DNA of 64,000 nucleotides. Origin: Euglena gracilis. Lineage: Eukaryota. Below are positions 9,850-22,944 of this stretch, piece after piece. A program made the translations under genes and the position numbers. Below the pieces are notes generated by a model. The model saw nothing but the letters and a program-made list of their open reading frames with translations, was not told the DNA's origin and did not search any database. The first letter of the stretch is position 1. The number at the start of each line of letters is the position of its first letter. The stretch spans positions 45,239,847-45,303,846 of the forward strand of contig CP154954.1 in NCBI GenBank assembly GCA_039621445.1, written 5' to 3'.

Positions 9850-12438
9850 TAGGGATTGAGTTAGGGTCAGGGTTAACGTGACCCCCCCCTATTTGCCCCC
9901 CCCCTAATTGGCCAGAGCCCAGGTGGCCAATTAGGAGGGTAATACCTTTATTCGGGTGTTTTGCGGGGGTTCGCGACTATGGAGGTTAGGCAGGGGGGGG
10001 GGGCTGTGGACGCCCGGTGAAGTTCACCAGTGAACATTCACCGGGGGGGGGGATACTTTCGGCGGTGAAGTTCACAGGTGAAGTTCACCGGTGAACTTCA
10101 GCGTTTTGATGGTTGGGGGTGAAATTTTCATGGTAAAATTTTGCTCCTTTCCTCTCAAAATGCGATAATCTTGCAACACAAGTGCAACAAAACCTGCATC
10201 GTGCAGGCTATATTTGCCCTTGTTGCGTTGCTCGATATGACGCTTGCCAGGTGCTGTCCCACGGGACTTCCCACGGGCCATTAGTGATTCCTTCACGGGC
10301 ATGAGAAAATCTGTCAAATGAAAAACCGGTCGATAATTTCCCCCCCCCCTGATTTTGGGCTCCGTGGGGGGGGAAATTATCAGACACTTATAGTTGTATG
10401 GTGTGTGCTTATTAAGAGGTTAGCACTATTCAAAACCTGGTTACCCCGTCCTTCATAGGAGATCAGGCAGTAGACTTTGGTCATTTTGACCCCTCCCCCC
10501 CCCCCCTATGGTGAAGTTCACCGTTTGAAAGTTCACCGGGGAGTCCCGGACCCCCCCCCCCTCTGCCTAACCCATCGGTGAACTTTGAAGTTCACCAAGA
10601 GAGTACTTTTTTGGCCAAAAATGGCCAAAAAATGGCACTTTGGGCAAGTTTTCGGAAATTTCGACAAAATTACAGGAAGCATCAACCTCAAACAAACCGA
10701 GTGCACATCACGGACAACAGTGGGCAGATCCTGCTGCGAAAGCAGTTGAGCCAAGGCACATTTGTGCAAGAGTGGCAGAGGACAAGTGGGGAGGAACTTC
10801 ACCTTCACCTTCACCTTCTCATGCTTTGCAGGCCTCGGGAATTTTTTTAGGGGGGGAAAATTATCAGACGGTTTTCCATTTCCAGATTTTGGGCCAAAAT
10901 CAGGGGGGGAAATTATCGACCGGGGAAAATTATCAGACACTTGCAGTAGCAGTGGCTGAACCCCCCCCCCCCGAGAATTCCCCCCCCTCAAATCGGCCAG
11001 ATTTTGGCGGTTCTACCTTATGCTTCCAGGAGTTCGAAAATCCCCCCCCCTTGAATAAGCCCGGTCCCCCCCTCCAAAAAAGTCAACAAAGGCGCAAGGC
11101 AAGGGCTTTTTGGAAGGAATTCTTTTTCCCCAAACCCCCATGCCCACACCCCCTACAAGGGGGCTTTGGCAGGGGGGGGGGAGGGGGGGTCCCGAGGTCT
11201 GATTTTTTTGCATTTTTTGGCACTTTTTGCTGTACTGTCTCAACACAGGGGGGGGGGAGGGTCCTGGGGTCCCAACTGTACTGCCAACCCCCCCCCTCAA
11301 AAATTGGCCAAAAACCGGCGCCAAAGGCGCCGGAAAAAATTTTTATGGCCTTTTTTTGGTCCAAAAAGGCCATTTTTGGTCCAAAAAGGCCATCTGTCTC
11401 TGACCGTTCGGCACTAGGGGGGGGGGGGTCCCAAAAATCCCAACTGTACAGGGGGGGGAGGGGGGGGTCCCCAAAAAACCCCAACTGTACTGCCATCGCC
11501 CCAAGGCGGGGGGGGGGGGGGGGGGGCGACAATCAGCCCATCCTGTGTGCGCATATAGGGTGATGATGGGCAGCTCCCCCCCCCCAAATTGTCACCCCCC
11601 CAATAGTTGCCAGAGAGAGTGCCATTTGGGGTGCCATTTGTGACATTGATGGGCCACACTGTTTACCCATAAAATAAGTCGTGGGGCGGGGGGCGCCCAA
11701 TGACTCAGGGCATTTTAAGGGAATTCAATGAAAAATTTACCCTGATACACGGGGGTAGGTGGGTGTGAGTGTCTATTTCCGACAAATAATTCCGGATCCA
11801 ATGCTCCAGACCGAGGTGAGAGACGGAAAAACAACAGACAAGGGAGGTTAGGCAGGGGTTGGGGGGTTGGGGGCTCCGCCCCTAAAGGAATTTCATGGAG
11901 AAACTTCACTGGTGAAGTTCACCGGTGAAGTTCACCGGTGAAGTTTGTCCATGTATTTCCAATGAGGAGGGGGGGGTCCCGCCCAAAAAAACCAAATGTT
12001 CACCGCCTGTTCTCCAAGGTTGCGCCATACCATCAACGAGAAAAAGGACCCCCTCTGGAAGGCCAGCGAGACAAGAGGCGTGAGCAACGGCTCGCAGTGT
12101 CCCGTCTCGTCGGCAAAGGACAGCGTGCCGACATGGGCGACGCCCCCGCAAAAAAAAGCACGTGCGACGCGCGAGTACGGCGCGAGCGAGCCTGAAAAGG
12201 CCCCCCTCCGGCCGTCTTGGACCTGAAAAGGCGTTCCGTGGCCCCCTCAGGGTCAGTTGGAACAGGAAAGGGGGGACGATCTCCACCCCCTGACGTTCAG
12301 GAGTTAACCAAGCAAGTTAGACCCAAAAGCCATTTTGTCCACATGCTCAAGTTTTCTTTGGCGAATTTTGGTTTACCCCCCCCCCTCAAAGTAGGCGCCG
12401 AAGGCCAAATTTTGACCACCCCCCAATGGGTGCCTGGA

Positions 12439-12658
12439 GGGTGGCCACTTTGAGGGGAGGTCATGTCATCATAATTGTGTTGCTCTGTCCAGGTTCTCAA
12501 GATGTGATGTCACCTCCAAAAGCTGTCACAAGTCAGCATCTCGAAAAGGGTGGCCACTTTGAGGGGAGGTCATGTCATCATAATTGTGTTGCTCTGTCCA
12601 GGTTCTCAAGATGTGATGTCACCTCCAAAAGCTGTCACAAGTCAGCATCTCGAAAAGG
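12439..12658. repeat. Perfect ~110-bp tandem duplication
   Basis: GGGTGGCCACTTTGAGGGGAGG...CATCTCGAAAAGG present twice. Confidence 0.9.
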
Positions 12659-13783
12659 GATATCTTTTTGCGACACATCATCAACCTCCTTTGTCAAGTT
12701 TGTTTCTTGCGCATTGATTGCCCCCCCCCAACATTACTCCATTTGGGAGGTGCGAAAAGCTCGATGGGGCTGACCCCTCATCAACTAGGTAGCTTCAAAA
12801 ACTTAAGAGTCAAGGGGAAAGTGGGTCCCGGGCATACTTGTTGTTAGTGCGACCAGAAAAAATGTTTTCGTGCGCCGCGACCATTGCGGAAAATTTTTTT
12901 TTGTAACCGGCAGCGCCGCGGTAAAAAAAAATTTGTGTGCCGCGAATGCTTCGTAACAAGTTTTTTTTCAATGAAATTTCCCCTTTGTTTTTTTTGCGTT
13001 TTTTTGTGTCTTTTTTCAAAAATGTGTTTATTCAAACTCAAATTGAAACATGTTTTGTTTTTTTTAAAAAAAGCCCATTATGCCACCCTCCAGGCATCAT
13101 GGGACCCCAAAATGGCCACTCTGAGGGGGGGGGCACTTGGGGGGGGGGACAAGAATTTTGGCCCTCGGCGCCAAGGCGCCGAAGGAAAATGGCCACTTTG
13201 GGGGGGGGGCTAAACCAAAATTTGCCAAAACGTTTGGTCACTTTGGGGGGGGACACTTTGAGGGGGGGGGGGTGAGGGATGCAAATTTGACCAACCACCA
13301 TTAACCACCATTAATCGAAAACTGGTTAATCGCTTGTCCCCCCAGTTAATCGCTTCTTTTTTTGCAGAAAGAAGAGATGTCCGGGTTGGGAACATTTCTT
13401 CAAGGAAGATGGCAAGGTTGTGCAGTGGATGAAAAATTCTTTCAAAAAGCCTTAAATGTCACGCTTAAAACTCTGTGTTTGATTCCACATTTTCTGGACA
13501 CCAAAATTTTGGGGGTTCCTCGCCTATTGTGGAGTGAGGAAGTAAGCCATGCTTACTTGGACTCCTGATGATCGTGAACAGGTTGTTCACAATTATCAGA
13601 CGTTAATTAACCAATTAATGCCCCGTAATCCGTGATCATGTCCACGAAACCCAGGGCAGGCGCCGGGCTTCTGTTCACAGTTGCAAAAAAAAACACGTCA
13701 ACCCTGGAGAGGGGGTCCGGACCCCCGGTGAAGTTTCAAATGGTGAATTTCACCCAGGGGGGGGGGAGGGTGGGTCCAAAATC

Positions 13784-13878
13784 TAGGGTGGTGACAGTGA
13801 AAGGTGGTCGGAAAGAAAAGCAATAAGTCGTGAAATGTCGTGAAATTATAGGGGCCGGAAATTTCAGTCACCACCCTA
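13784..13878. mobile_element. 95-bp hAT-type MITE
   Basis: TIR TAGGGTGGTGAC / GTCACCACCCTA with 8-bp TSD CCAAAATC (13776-13783 and 13879-13886). Confidence 0.85.
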
Positions 13879-14089
13879 CCAAAATCCTGCAAGTTACTGC
13901 CTGATCTCCTCCCCCCACTCTGGGAAGTCAACATGTCCGGTCTGAACCGCCCGGGCACCTGGCCTCCTGACTGCACCATTTCCCCAAGATGTTCTTCATT
14001 GGATGGAGAATTCTCCCTTTGGAGGTTGGGTTGTACGGGGGGACTCCACCGGTGAACTTCGCCGTTTTGGTGGTTGGGGGTGATATTCT

Positions 14090-14470
14090 GATGGACATTG
14101 AAACGTGGGAACTGCTTTTGCGACGAGGGCACAATTTAGGGTGTGATAAATGGTGAAGTCAATCGCCATGGGTCCGTCGCCATCAAGGCGTGGAAAAAAA
14201 ATGACCAGGTGGGTGTTTTCGTCAGAGCGTTGTTCCTTCTTGGCTTGGAAGCTGCATCGTTGTGCCAAGGAAGTAAGAAAGTCTCAGATTGAAGTGTGCC
14301 GCTTGCAAAAGGTTTTTGAATGTGCGGTGATGATCCGTGCCCTCCAAAACCCCTGGAATTTTGGGTAGAGCAGCACGGTGGTGGAGGCATTCTCGGTCAA
14401 TCGTGGCCAGCGAAAAGCGCGTGCTTTTTCGCACTTGGAATTGGAAAGTTTGAAAATCTTTGAATTTCTC
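14090..14470 (-). pseudogene. Decayed non-LTR retrotransposon fragment (zinc knuckle + restriction-like endonuclease, CRE/R2-type)
   Basis: Frameshifted translation ..EC..GTDHHRTF..AAHFNLR../AQRCSFQAKKEQ..IFFPRLDGDGPMAIDFTIYH resembles the DH-x-x-C..RH..E..PD..ID(V/F)T pattern of RLE clades. Confidence 0.55.
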
Positions 14471-15554
14471 CATCACTCAAAAAAAAGCCCTCAATGAGCA
14501 ACTTCACGAATCAAGCTGATTTCCAGAAAAAGAAAAGGGGTTTTCTTCCACTTCAAGGGTGTTTTGCAACGGAGTTTTTTTGGGGGTGCCTGTTGATATG
14601 CTTGGGTCATTTGGATGCCACTCTCTCTTCACAATGTCAATTCACGGAAGCATTTCCTTTTCCATGACTTTTTCTTCATTCTTAGGTCGCCATTCAAATG
14701 ACCTGTAAGATGACTCGGAAAAATTTGTTGTCAAAAAAAAGAGAGTTCAAAGAATTCTACTAAAAAAGGGGGGGCGGATGCCGGTTCTGTCCTGAACCCA
14801 GCGTCCCGGACGCCGGTTCCGTCCTTCGGAACCGGCAGAACCGGCCTCTTGGGACTCCCTTTTGTTTAAAGCGGCGCGTCCCCAACCTTCGGTCAAAGGA
14901 CCCTCCCAGGATCTCCGACCACTGATCGGCAATGTCACGCCACTTTGCATTTCACCAAATTCCGGCGATTGCGAGGGTATTTCGGGCTGTGTCAATCGTC
15001 CAGGTACAAACTCACCCCTCGATCGAAAGGTCTTTTCATCAGACGACTGGTGATGATCACCAAATTCAGCCAAGCCGCCTGGCAGCCTTATTTCTTGTTC
15101 CAGGGAAATCCTAATTTCACAATTCTTGTGCCCTCCTAGACCCCTCAGGTCGTCGATTCGAAGAGAAAAATCGTTTCTGTAAGGTTTATTCAGCATCTTA
15201 AACCAAAAATCACCAAACATTACCACAAATTTCAACTCAGATTCTGGCCGATCGACGATCGCGAGCGTATCTCAGGCTGTGTGCAACGTTAGGGTACCAA
15301 GTTACCCCTCGATCGAAAGCTCTTTTCAACAGACGACCAGCGGTGCTCATCAGATTTTTCCACGGTGCACGGTACTCTATTTCCAAAACAGGGCCAATTT
15401 TCACCAAAATTGGGTTTCCACCCCAATGGTCCCCAAATGGCAAAATTCATTGTCCCACGTGGTTAAAACAGTCATATCAGGACCTTAGGGACATTTCTGG
15501 GCACTTTTGATCACATTTTTAGGAATGAAAAAACGGACGCCGGCTCCCGGATCT

Positions 15555-15844
15555 GGCCTGGGGGGGGGGTTGTGGGCAGACCCCAGGGTCTGCCCACGGT
15601 CGCCAAAGGTCGCCAAAGGTCGCTATGGGTATTTCCTACTCAGTCTTTTTTGCATTGTAGCGGCGTAGGCAACTGTTCCAGGGCCCTAAAAAAAAAAATC
15701 CCTTGTGTGTGCAACACCTTTTGTGTGTATGTTGCGCTAATTTGCCGTGGAGCGCATTTTTTGACATCGACCTGCCCACGACCTTTGGCGACCATGGCGA
15801 CCTTTGGCGACCCTAGGGTCTGCCCACAACCCCCCCCCCAGGCC
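15555..15844. mobile_element. Foldback/MITE nested in an ACGCCGG-repeat element (~14760-15980)
   Basis: ~35-bp TIR GGCCTG(G)nTTGTGGGCAGACCCCAGGGTC / GACCCTAGGGTCTGCCCACAA(C)nAGGCC; no clear TSD. Confidence 0.7.
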
Positions 15845-17039
15845 AAATCTACCCCCCACGGACGCCGGCTTTTGGACCGGCGCTTCTAAACGCCGGGTTT
15901 TAGGACAGAACCGGCGTCCGGAAAACTCGTGGGGGGGGACGCCGGTTCTGTCCTGAACCCGGCATCCCAAACGCCGGTTTAATCCCAAAATATATTTCCC
16001 ATTACACATCAACATTGCTAATAAAAAAATAACAATACAACTGTGAAATAAAATAACAATAATGCATAGGAGCCCAGGCACACAGGGGGGGGGGGGGGGC
16101 TGGGACCCCCCCTGTTCACTTCCGAACTGAACTAGACATGTTGACTTCCCGGGGGGGGGGGGAGGGGGGGAGGGGTCCCGAAGTGGACTATCTAGCCTCC
16201 ATGGTCGGCAACTTGTTTTTTGGAAGCCGTTTTTTTTTGGGACGCATGAATGCATGTTGTAACATATTGGGTGTTTTTGACCATTTTGGCATATTTTGAA
16301 CTTAATGGAATTCCAAGTGTGGTTTAGGAATTTTTAAACTTGAGTTTTTTTACGAAATTTTCCTTTATTTTTTTTCAACAATTTTTGCATTTTTTTACGC
16401 CGGAAAAGGATGTGATTTTTTTGAAATAATTGATACAATGTCAGTTAATCGAAATTAATCGAGGGAAATGCACGGTTAATCAAAAATTGGTTAATCGACC
16501 CCCAATTAACCATGGTTAATTGCTTGACTTGGGAAATGACGGTTAATTGCCCAACCCTGAGCGGTGGAGCACACGGCTGGCCCACGGCCATTTGACGGCT
16601 TCCCGACGGCTGGCCGATGGTGTGACGGAAGCTGGTTTATGTTGTTACACCGCTTTTGGGTAGCAAATGCCTAATTTGGTATGCCAGTTCCGAATTTTCA
16701 AAGGCAAACTCCCCATTTAATGTGCCAACTCCCAATTCTGAGGAGCAAATTCCTAATTCCATGTGTCAATCCCTTACTTTGAGTGGCAAATGCCTAATTT
16801 CGGATGATGCTGAAATTTGAATCCCTAATTTGGTGTTAATACCATGCCCTTCCCCCTCACTGTTCCCCCCCTGAACAGTACAGTGTCAAGGCACTTTTTG
16901 TAAACAATTTGTGGAACATAGAAAGAAAAAAGTTTTTTTTTGGTTGGTTCCAGTCGCAAAAATCCAAAATTGGTAAAATTGACAAAAATTGCGAAAAAAA
17001 AAGCCTCAAATGGGCAAAAATGCAGCCTCCACAACAATG

Positions 17040-17760
17040 ACCATGACCTGGAGGGGAGATTGATGGAGAAATTGCCTCCTCATTGCAAGGATGTGGCTCG
17101 GGTCATTTTCCTGTGAGTCACGCGGCTGGCCGATGGCTGGGCGATGGCTTATGCAAGTGTTGAATGGTGCACAAGATTTGCTTGTTGTAATAGATCCTGT
17201 TGTTGAAATGTTGGATATGATACAACGCACAAAAGGAACGTTGGTGGAGGCTGTCGAATAGTGCAAGAACGCATCCCCACAAAAGTAGGAGGGTATAATT
17301 TGGGTTTGGAGAGAAGCAAACAAGCTTTAAATTGCTCCTTCTTTTTGTTGGCAAATGTGTTGGATGCCCATTTTTTTGGGAGGAGTTTGACCCCGGCACA
17401 ACTGGATTTGGCTCGTCAATTTGCAGAGGAGGAAGGGTCAGACGTCGCATGTGCACTGAATGCATATTTGACTCAATCCCCACCATTTCAGCCTGCCTTG
17501 ATCAAACAAAAAGGTGATCCTGTTGCTTGGTGGTTGGTAGGCAGGATGTCCGGTTTTCCTATGGGTTTGACAGGGGTGGCTTTACGCCTTTGCTTGTTTG
17601 GCAAGTTCTGCCAGTTTGGAACGCATTTTCTCAACAATAGGTCACGTGTACGGCAGGCGTTGTTCCCAACTTTCCGCCGAAATGGCTGGTTTCTATTTTG
17701 TTCGTTGGACAAAGTCCGCGATGCTGACCCATCTGATGATTTGCGCGCCCAGCAACTAAC
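17040..17760 (+). pseudogene. hAT transposase pseudogene (C-terminal part with dimerization domain)
   Basis: LLANVLDAHFFGRSL..GDPVAWW..ALRL, then after a frameshift ASSASLERIFSTIGHVYGRRCSQLSAE, the hAT dimerization motif; upstream stops and frameshifts. Confidence 0.85.
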
Positions 17761-18599
17761 AAACAATGCATCGCTTTTTTATTTGTTTCTTCTGGGGAAA
17801 CCTCTCCGGGGACATAGCTAGCAAGGTTATCTGCACTTGTGGGAAATTCCATTTTCTCTTCTCAGAAGCACGAGATTTGAGGATTGTTCGTCATTGTTGT
17901 CCATCATCAATACCGTCATCACCGTATTTCACTCCTTTTGGAAATGCAAATGGAACCTCTCCATCTGCAGGAAATTTATTATTGTTCGTGATCTCATTTG
18001 CAGGTAGCCATTCATTTATTGCTTGTGCAATGCTTTTTTGCATGTTTTCAAAGCTCGTTTCATGACCAAGCTGAAACTGGCGAAAGCAGTGCAAAATGGG
18101 CCAGGCACGCAGGTGGCCCTGCATGGGGTGATAGAGGGTCCCCAGGTTTTCACTTTTGCCCCCCCCCAGGCTTCCTCTGATTCCCTGACATTTTCAAAAT
18201 AATTTGAAAAGAAGCCATTTTTTTGACCCCGAAGCGGTTGAATCTGGCCAGCAACATATTTCTGTCTTGGAAATCGACTGACAATTATTGGCGCCAGCTT
18301 GGAAATCAACGAACGCTAGCAGTTTCCAATAGAAGTAGCGTTGGGCCCAGGAAATAGATTTTAAGAACTGTGCCCCAACGCTCCTTCGGGAGCGTCCTGG
18401 TGTCTTGGACACCGGGTTGCGCATCAGATCTCACCTTCTATCAGAGGCTTTTGATAGTCCCCCCATTTTTGTTCTCAGGTGAGAGGGATTTTCGACCGCA
18501 TGGGAAATTTGGGCCATATTGGCCAAAAGCTGAGGAAGAGTTAGTCAATTTCCAAGACATTGAAATCTGTTCATACTGATGTATATAAATATATACGGA

Positions 18600-19320
18600 A
18601 GCTATAGGGCCCCACAAGGGGGGGGGGGCTAAACCTGTAGGCAGGGGGGGGGGGGGTTGTGTGGTAGGACCCGGGTCCCGGTTTTCGGATTTTTCGGTCC
18701 GTTCCACCCGGGAAACGCAACGAAATTGCGTAAATTTCTGTGGATTTGGGGAGAATGGGGTGTTATTTAGAGGAATGGGGTCGGGCCACCTTCAAACACT
18801 TGCCATACATTGCAGCCCCAATGGCCGACGGGCCATAGGGAGCCCTTTCTTTTTGCTGAGAACATGGTGGCCCTCCCTGATCTCCTCCCCCTCCCCCGCC
18901 CACCCCCACCCTCCACGTTCCTGCCGGGGCCAAAAGCGCCTGCAACAACCACCCCGTGGGACATATCCGGCCTGCCAATGCAAATGCAGACGACGTTCCC
19001 ACACAGGGTTCGGACGAGCGCGCCGAAAACTGGCCCCATTTCCATTTCCCCCAAGGGAAAAGTTAGGCCGGAAGTTGGGGTCCCCGTTTCGTAAATTTTT
19101 TGAAAACGTGTTTTGCCTGGAAAAAAATGCCAAATTTGACCGATATCCAGCCGAAATCGGTCCAGAATGTGGCCTAACTTCTCCCTAAATTCCAAAAAAA
19201 TTGCAACCTCCAGAAATTTGGTAAGAACCCTAACCCTATCCCGAACAATAACCCCCACCTGGGCCCACCATACAACCCCCCCCCCCCTGCCTACAACTAT
19301 AGGCCCCCCCCGGGGCCAAT
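18600..19320. mobile_element. Foldback element with ~70-bp imperfect terminal inverted repeats
   Basis: GTAGGCAG(G)nTTGTGTGGTAGGACCC (~18637-18672) is the inverse of GGGCCCACCATACAA(C)nTGCCTAC (~19261-19294). Confidence 0.65.
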
Positions 19321-20269
19321 ACCCTCCCCCCCCCCCCCTATTTGGCTTATAGCCGGGCCCCTTCAGACCCCCAATTAGCCAATTGGGGGGGGGGACAATT
19401 AAGGGGGGGTGAGGGTAGTTGTAGGCTGCCATATGTGCATGCATACAAGTACAAATATGTGGCTTTTCATGCAATTCTTGTCTATCAGTGGTCCTTTAAC
19501 TCTCTGCAGTCCCACCTACCCAAAACTGACCCCCCACCAGCCATGCATTCTGTGGGTGATCATACTGGTGCAGAGTACTCATTTGGCCTTATGTGGATCG
19601 TCTCTGGGTGGTTTGGGCCATCCAACCCCACCCGGGCCTCAATTTGGGCAATTTTCTGTGAAATGACGATGTTAAGTAGGGTAAAGTTTATGAATGCGGA
19701 CTTAGTCGGCCTACGACCTCCTCACGCGAAGGGGGGTGGGGGCTACCGCCCCCCCCCCTCCCACACCCCCCTCAAATAACAAAATCCCTTTATGTTGGCA
19801 AAATACTCGGGGGGCAAAGTCCTTTTTTTGTTGGCCAATTTGACATGGGCGGGGGGGCTACCATCCCCCCCCCCGCACCCCCCCAACCTCCAATTGATCG
19901 AGTGCAAATTTAGTTAGTTAGTCGGCCTACGGCCTCCTCGCGTGGGGGGGGGGGCTCCCGCCCAACAAAATCCCTTTATGTTGGCAATTTTGTTTGAAGG
20001 TTACTTTGAACTTGCCACATGAAACTTTGCCATAAAAAATGGCTAAAACGGAGATTTTTCACCCCCGATTGGGGGGCACTAGAGCCATTTGGGTGGGTTT
20101 CCACTGGTTTTGGGATGATTTTCACAATAATTTTCTTGAGGGGGGGGCTTAAAAGTCGGCGAAATTGACCCGTTGGCACATTAGAGTGGGTAGCCGGCCG
20201 ACTATCCACTACCCCCCCCCCACCCCGACTCGCCGACTAGCTACTGACCAGGCCTAGTCGGCCGACCAA

Positions 20270-20600
20270 TTGGGTAATCGGCCGACCACCCACTACCCCC
20301 CCCCCCAGTTTACCGTCTGGGTCCTTTTTGCCTTGCACAGGCGTCTTCGACAGGACAGCCAAAAAGAGGATATTACCCAAATTTTTTTGCTAACTGACCC
20401 CCGAATGGGGGTTTCTGAAGACATTTGGGTGGGTTTCAAATCATTTCCCTTCATATATGAACGAACTTCTTTTGGAGGGGGGGATTAAAAACTTTTTAAA
20501 TAGTTTTTAAAAACTTTTTAAATAGGCCATCACCAACAGTCGCTAGCGATCACCAAAAAGTCCACCACCAATTTCCTACAATAAGCCGCCAATGTTTGGT
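20270..20600. repeat. Dispersed repeat with GTCGCTAGCGAC palindromes; inverted copy at ~54900-55750
   Basis: 20330-20460 is a diverged reverse complement of 55040-55165 (shared ATTTGGGTGGGTTTC and TTTCCCTTCATAT). Confidence 0.7.
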
Positions 20601-22309
20601 GAATATAGTTCAACTAGTCAGCGTTCAGCAAATTGTAATGCCCTCTCAACCTGCCTCTAGCTCTGGAACTAAAAGCATTATGGATCGAAAAAGAAAGAGA
20701 AAACAAGAAAAAAATTCAGAGTGGCGAAAATTAACCCGGCAGGGGCGAAAATGACGAGACTTCGGGGCAAAAAAAAAAGTGCAACAGGGGCGGAAATGGT
20801 TGCACGGGGGGCAGAAATAATTGGCCGGGGCGGCGAAAATTCCGGGGACGGGTGGGGAAAATATTTGGGTTCGGGGCAAAATATACCCAAGGTTGTCTTT
20901 AATGAGCTAACACAAATAGGCGCTGTTTGGAAAATTGACTGACACTAAACTGCATCAGGGACAATGGTTTCATGCCTGTAGGGTGCATTGAGTTTTGCAT
21001 TTTTTGCAGATTTTTATGTCACCGTCCAAAACCTTGTCCCCCCCCACGCTGTAGTGGGTTGGGAGACAAGATTTTGCACCTGTATTTCGCGTTTTTTGAA
21101 CTTTTTTTAAAATAATTTTGCATATTTTTTCCCAATGAACTCAATTATTTTATGTAATTTCCATTCTACCTTTTCACTATTTTACAATTAATTCTGCATT
21201 TATTTCCACTTTTCTTCGCCCATTCTCCCAGTTCACTGAAATATTTTTTTCCGCAAATTCCCCCGGTTTTGATCCATTTTTTTTGAAACCTATTTGCATT
21301 TTTTCACCATATTAAAGTTTTTATCATATTTATCATTATTATTTCAACCCTATTTCCATTTTTTTTCACAATTCTCCCCAACGTTGTCGTTTTTATTCCT
21401 AGTTCATCACATGCCTTTTTGCCAGGTTTACATTTACCCCCCCTGCCGTTCTGGGCAGCAAGGGGGGGAGCTTGTCCTCCCTCCCTCGCTGTTCCCATCA
21501 TGCTTTGAGGACCCCGCAAGCAGGTAGCAGGTACAAAAGCACAATGCATGAATGCAACCCTCTTGTATCAACTCAATTCAGTCCGGGATTAGGGACAAAA
21601 CAACACATTCTTTTAGCATTAAGGAGATTAAGTCAGTGGTTGCTGGGGTTAGGTGGGGTGAGGAGCGAGGCTTCGCATGCCTCGCTAGTGCAATCGACAA
21701 TTTTCCCCAAGCTTCTTGCGTAAGAAGATTTTGTGCATAAAAAGTGCTATGCCACCTCCCATAATGGGAGCAATCGGGGGGGATAGTAGGGGGGGGGGCA
21801 TGGTATTTTCCACCTATTTTGCATTTCACATCTGCACCTTGTTTCCACCTTTTTTTTTGCTCAAATGGAAATTTGTTGCCTTTCTTGAAGACACGTCCAT
21901 GCCAAACAATCCACCCCCAGATGATCCCTCAGTGGTCATCTGGGGTGGTGAGTTTTGGAGGGAGGTGGTATTTTCTGCTATTCCTCTGAAATGTTTATAT
22001 TTTATTTTTATCTTTCATCATGTTCCCGTTATTTTCCATCGATTTCTTTCCCATTTGCACCTTTTGAGTTTTTTTTTCACCCATTTTTTGTTCACTCTTT
22101 TCCACCAGATTTCCACTGAATTTCCACTTCTTCCATGCACGTTTCTGCCTATTTTGTCTATTGCTTTTCATATGTCAAGAATTGTGGGCAAGCCCAGGGG
22201 AGCCTGTGGAGTGGGGTTGGAAAATTTATTTTTCTCAAATTTTTGAACCTTGCAAGCAACAGCAGGTGATGGGGTCATTGGATGAGGGGTTGTGAGTTTG
22301 GGAGGGTTA

Positions 22310-22944
22310 CCGGGGGGGGGGGAACTTGTATGGGAAAAAATGTTGTGGGAAAAATTCTGGACGAAATTTTGTCCAGGATTTTTCCTGCCTTTTTAAGGAT
22401 CCGCAGGATTTTTCCCGGCAGATTTAAGGAAAGTCCAATTTCCTCCAGTGAATGACCCCCCCAAAAAAATCTTCGGCGCTGCGCGCCGATTTGCAGCAGG
22501 AATATTTCTTTTTCTTGCGGTGCAGCTGAAGTATGGCAGGAAGCATCCACCAAAGTTAACCATCCATTTTTGGGGTAACCAGTTGGCAAAGGGTGACAGT
22601 ATCGGCAAAGTGGGCCGCCCTGGTTTGATGACGCAGTCGGAAACTGCTGTTTTAAGGAAGTATTTTGATGGTGCTGGTGTGGAAGGTACACCAATGGAGA
22701 GGGAGATGAGAACTAGCCGATACTGTGGTTTCTGTTTGGTTTCACCGGGTGCAGCCATGCTTTCTCATTCAACTGCTGGTCAGCGCAAAACCTTTGCGCT
22801 TTTTTTTTCAGCTGTCTAATTTTTTCCCACCTGGTTTAAGCGAGCGTTCAGGATTTTTCCCGGCATTTTAAGGATTCGTCCAATATTTTTCCCGGCAGAA
22901 TTTTTCCCGTCGGCATTGTTCCCGGTCAGATTTTTTCCCCCCGG
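22310..22944. mobile_element. TA-flanked MITE (CCGGGGG...CCCCCGG)
   Basis: TA|CCGGGGGG at the left, TTTTCCCCCCGG|TA at the right, internal TTTTCCCGGCA subrepeats. Confidence 0.65.
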
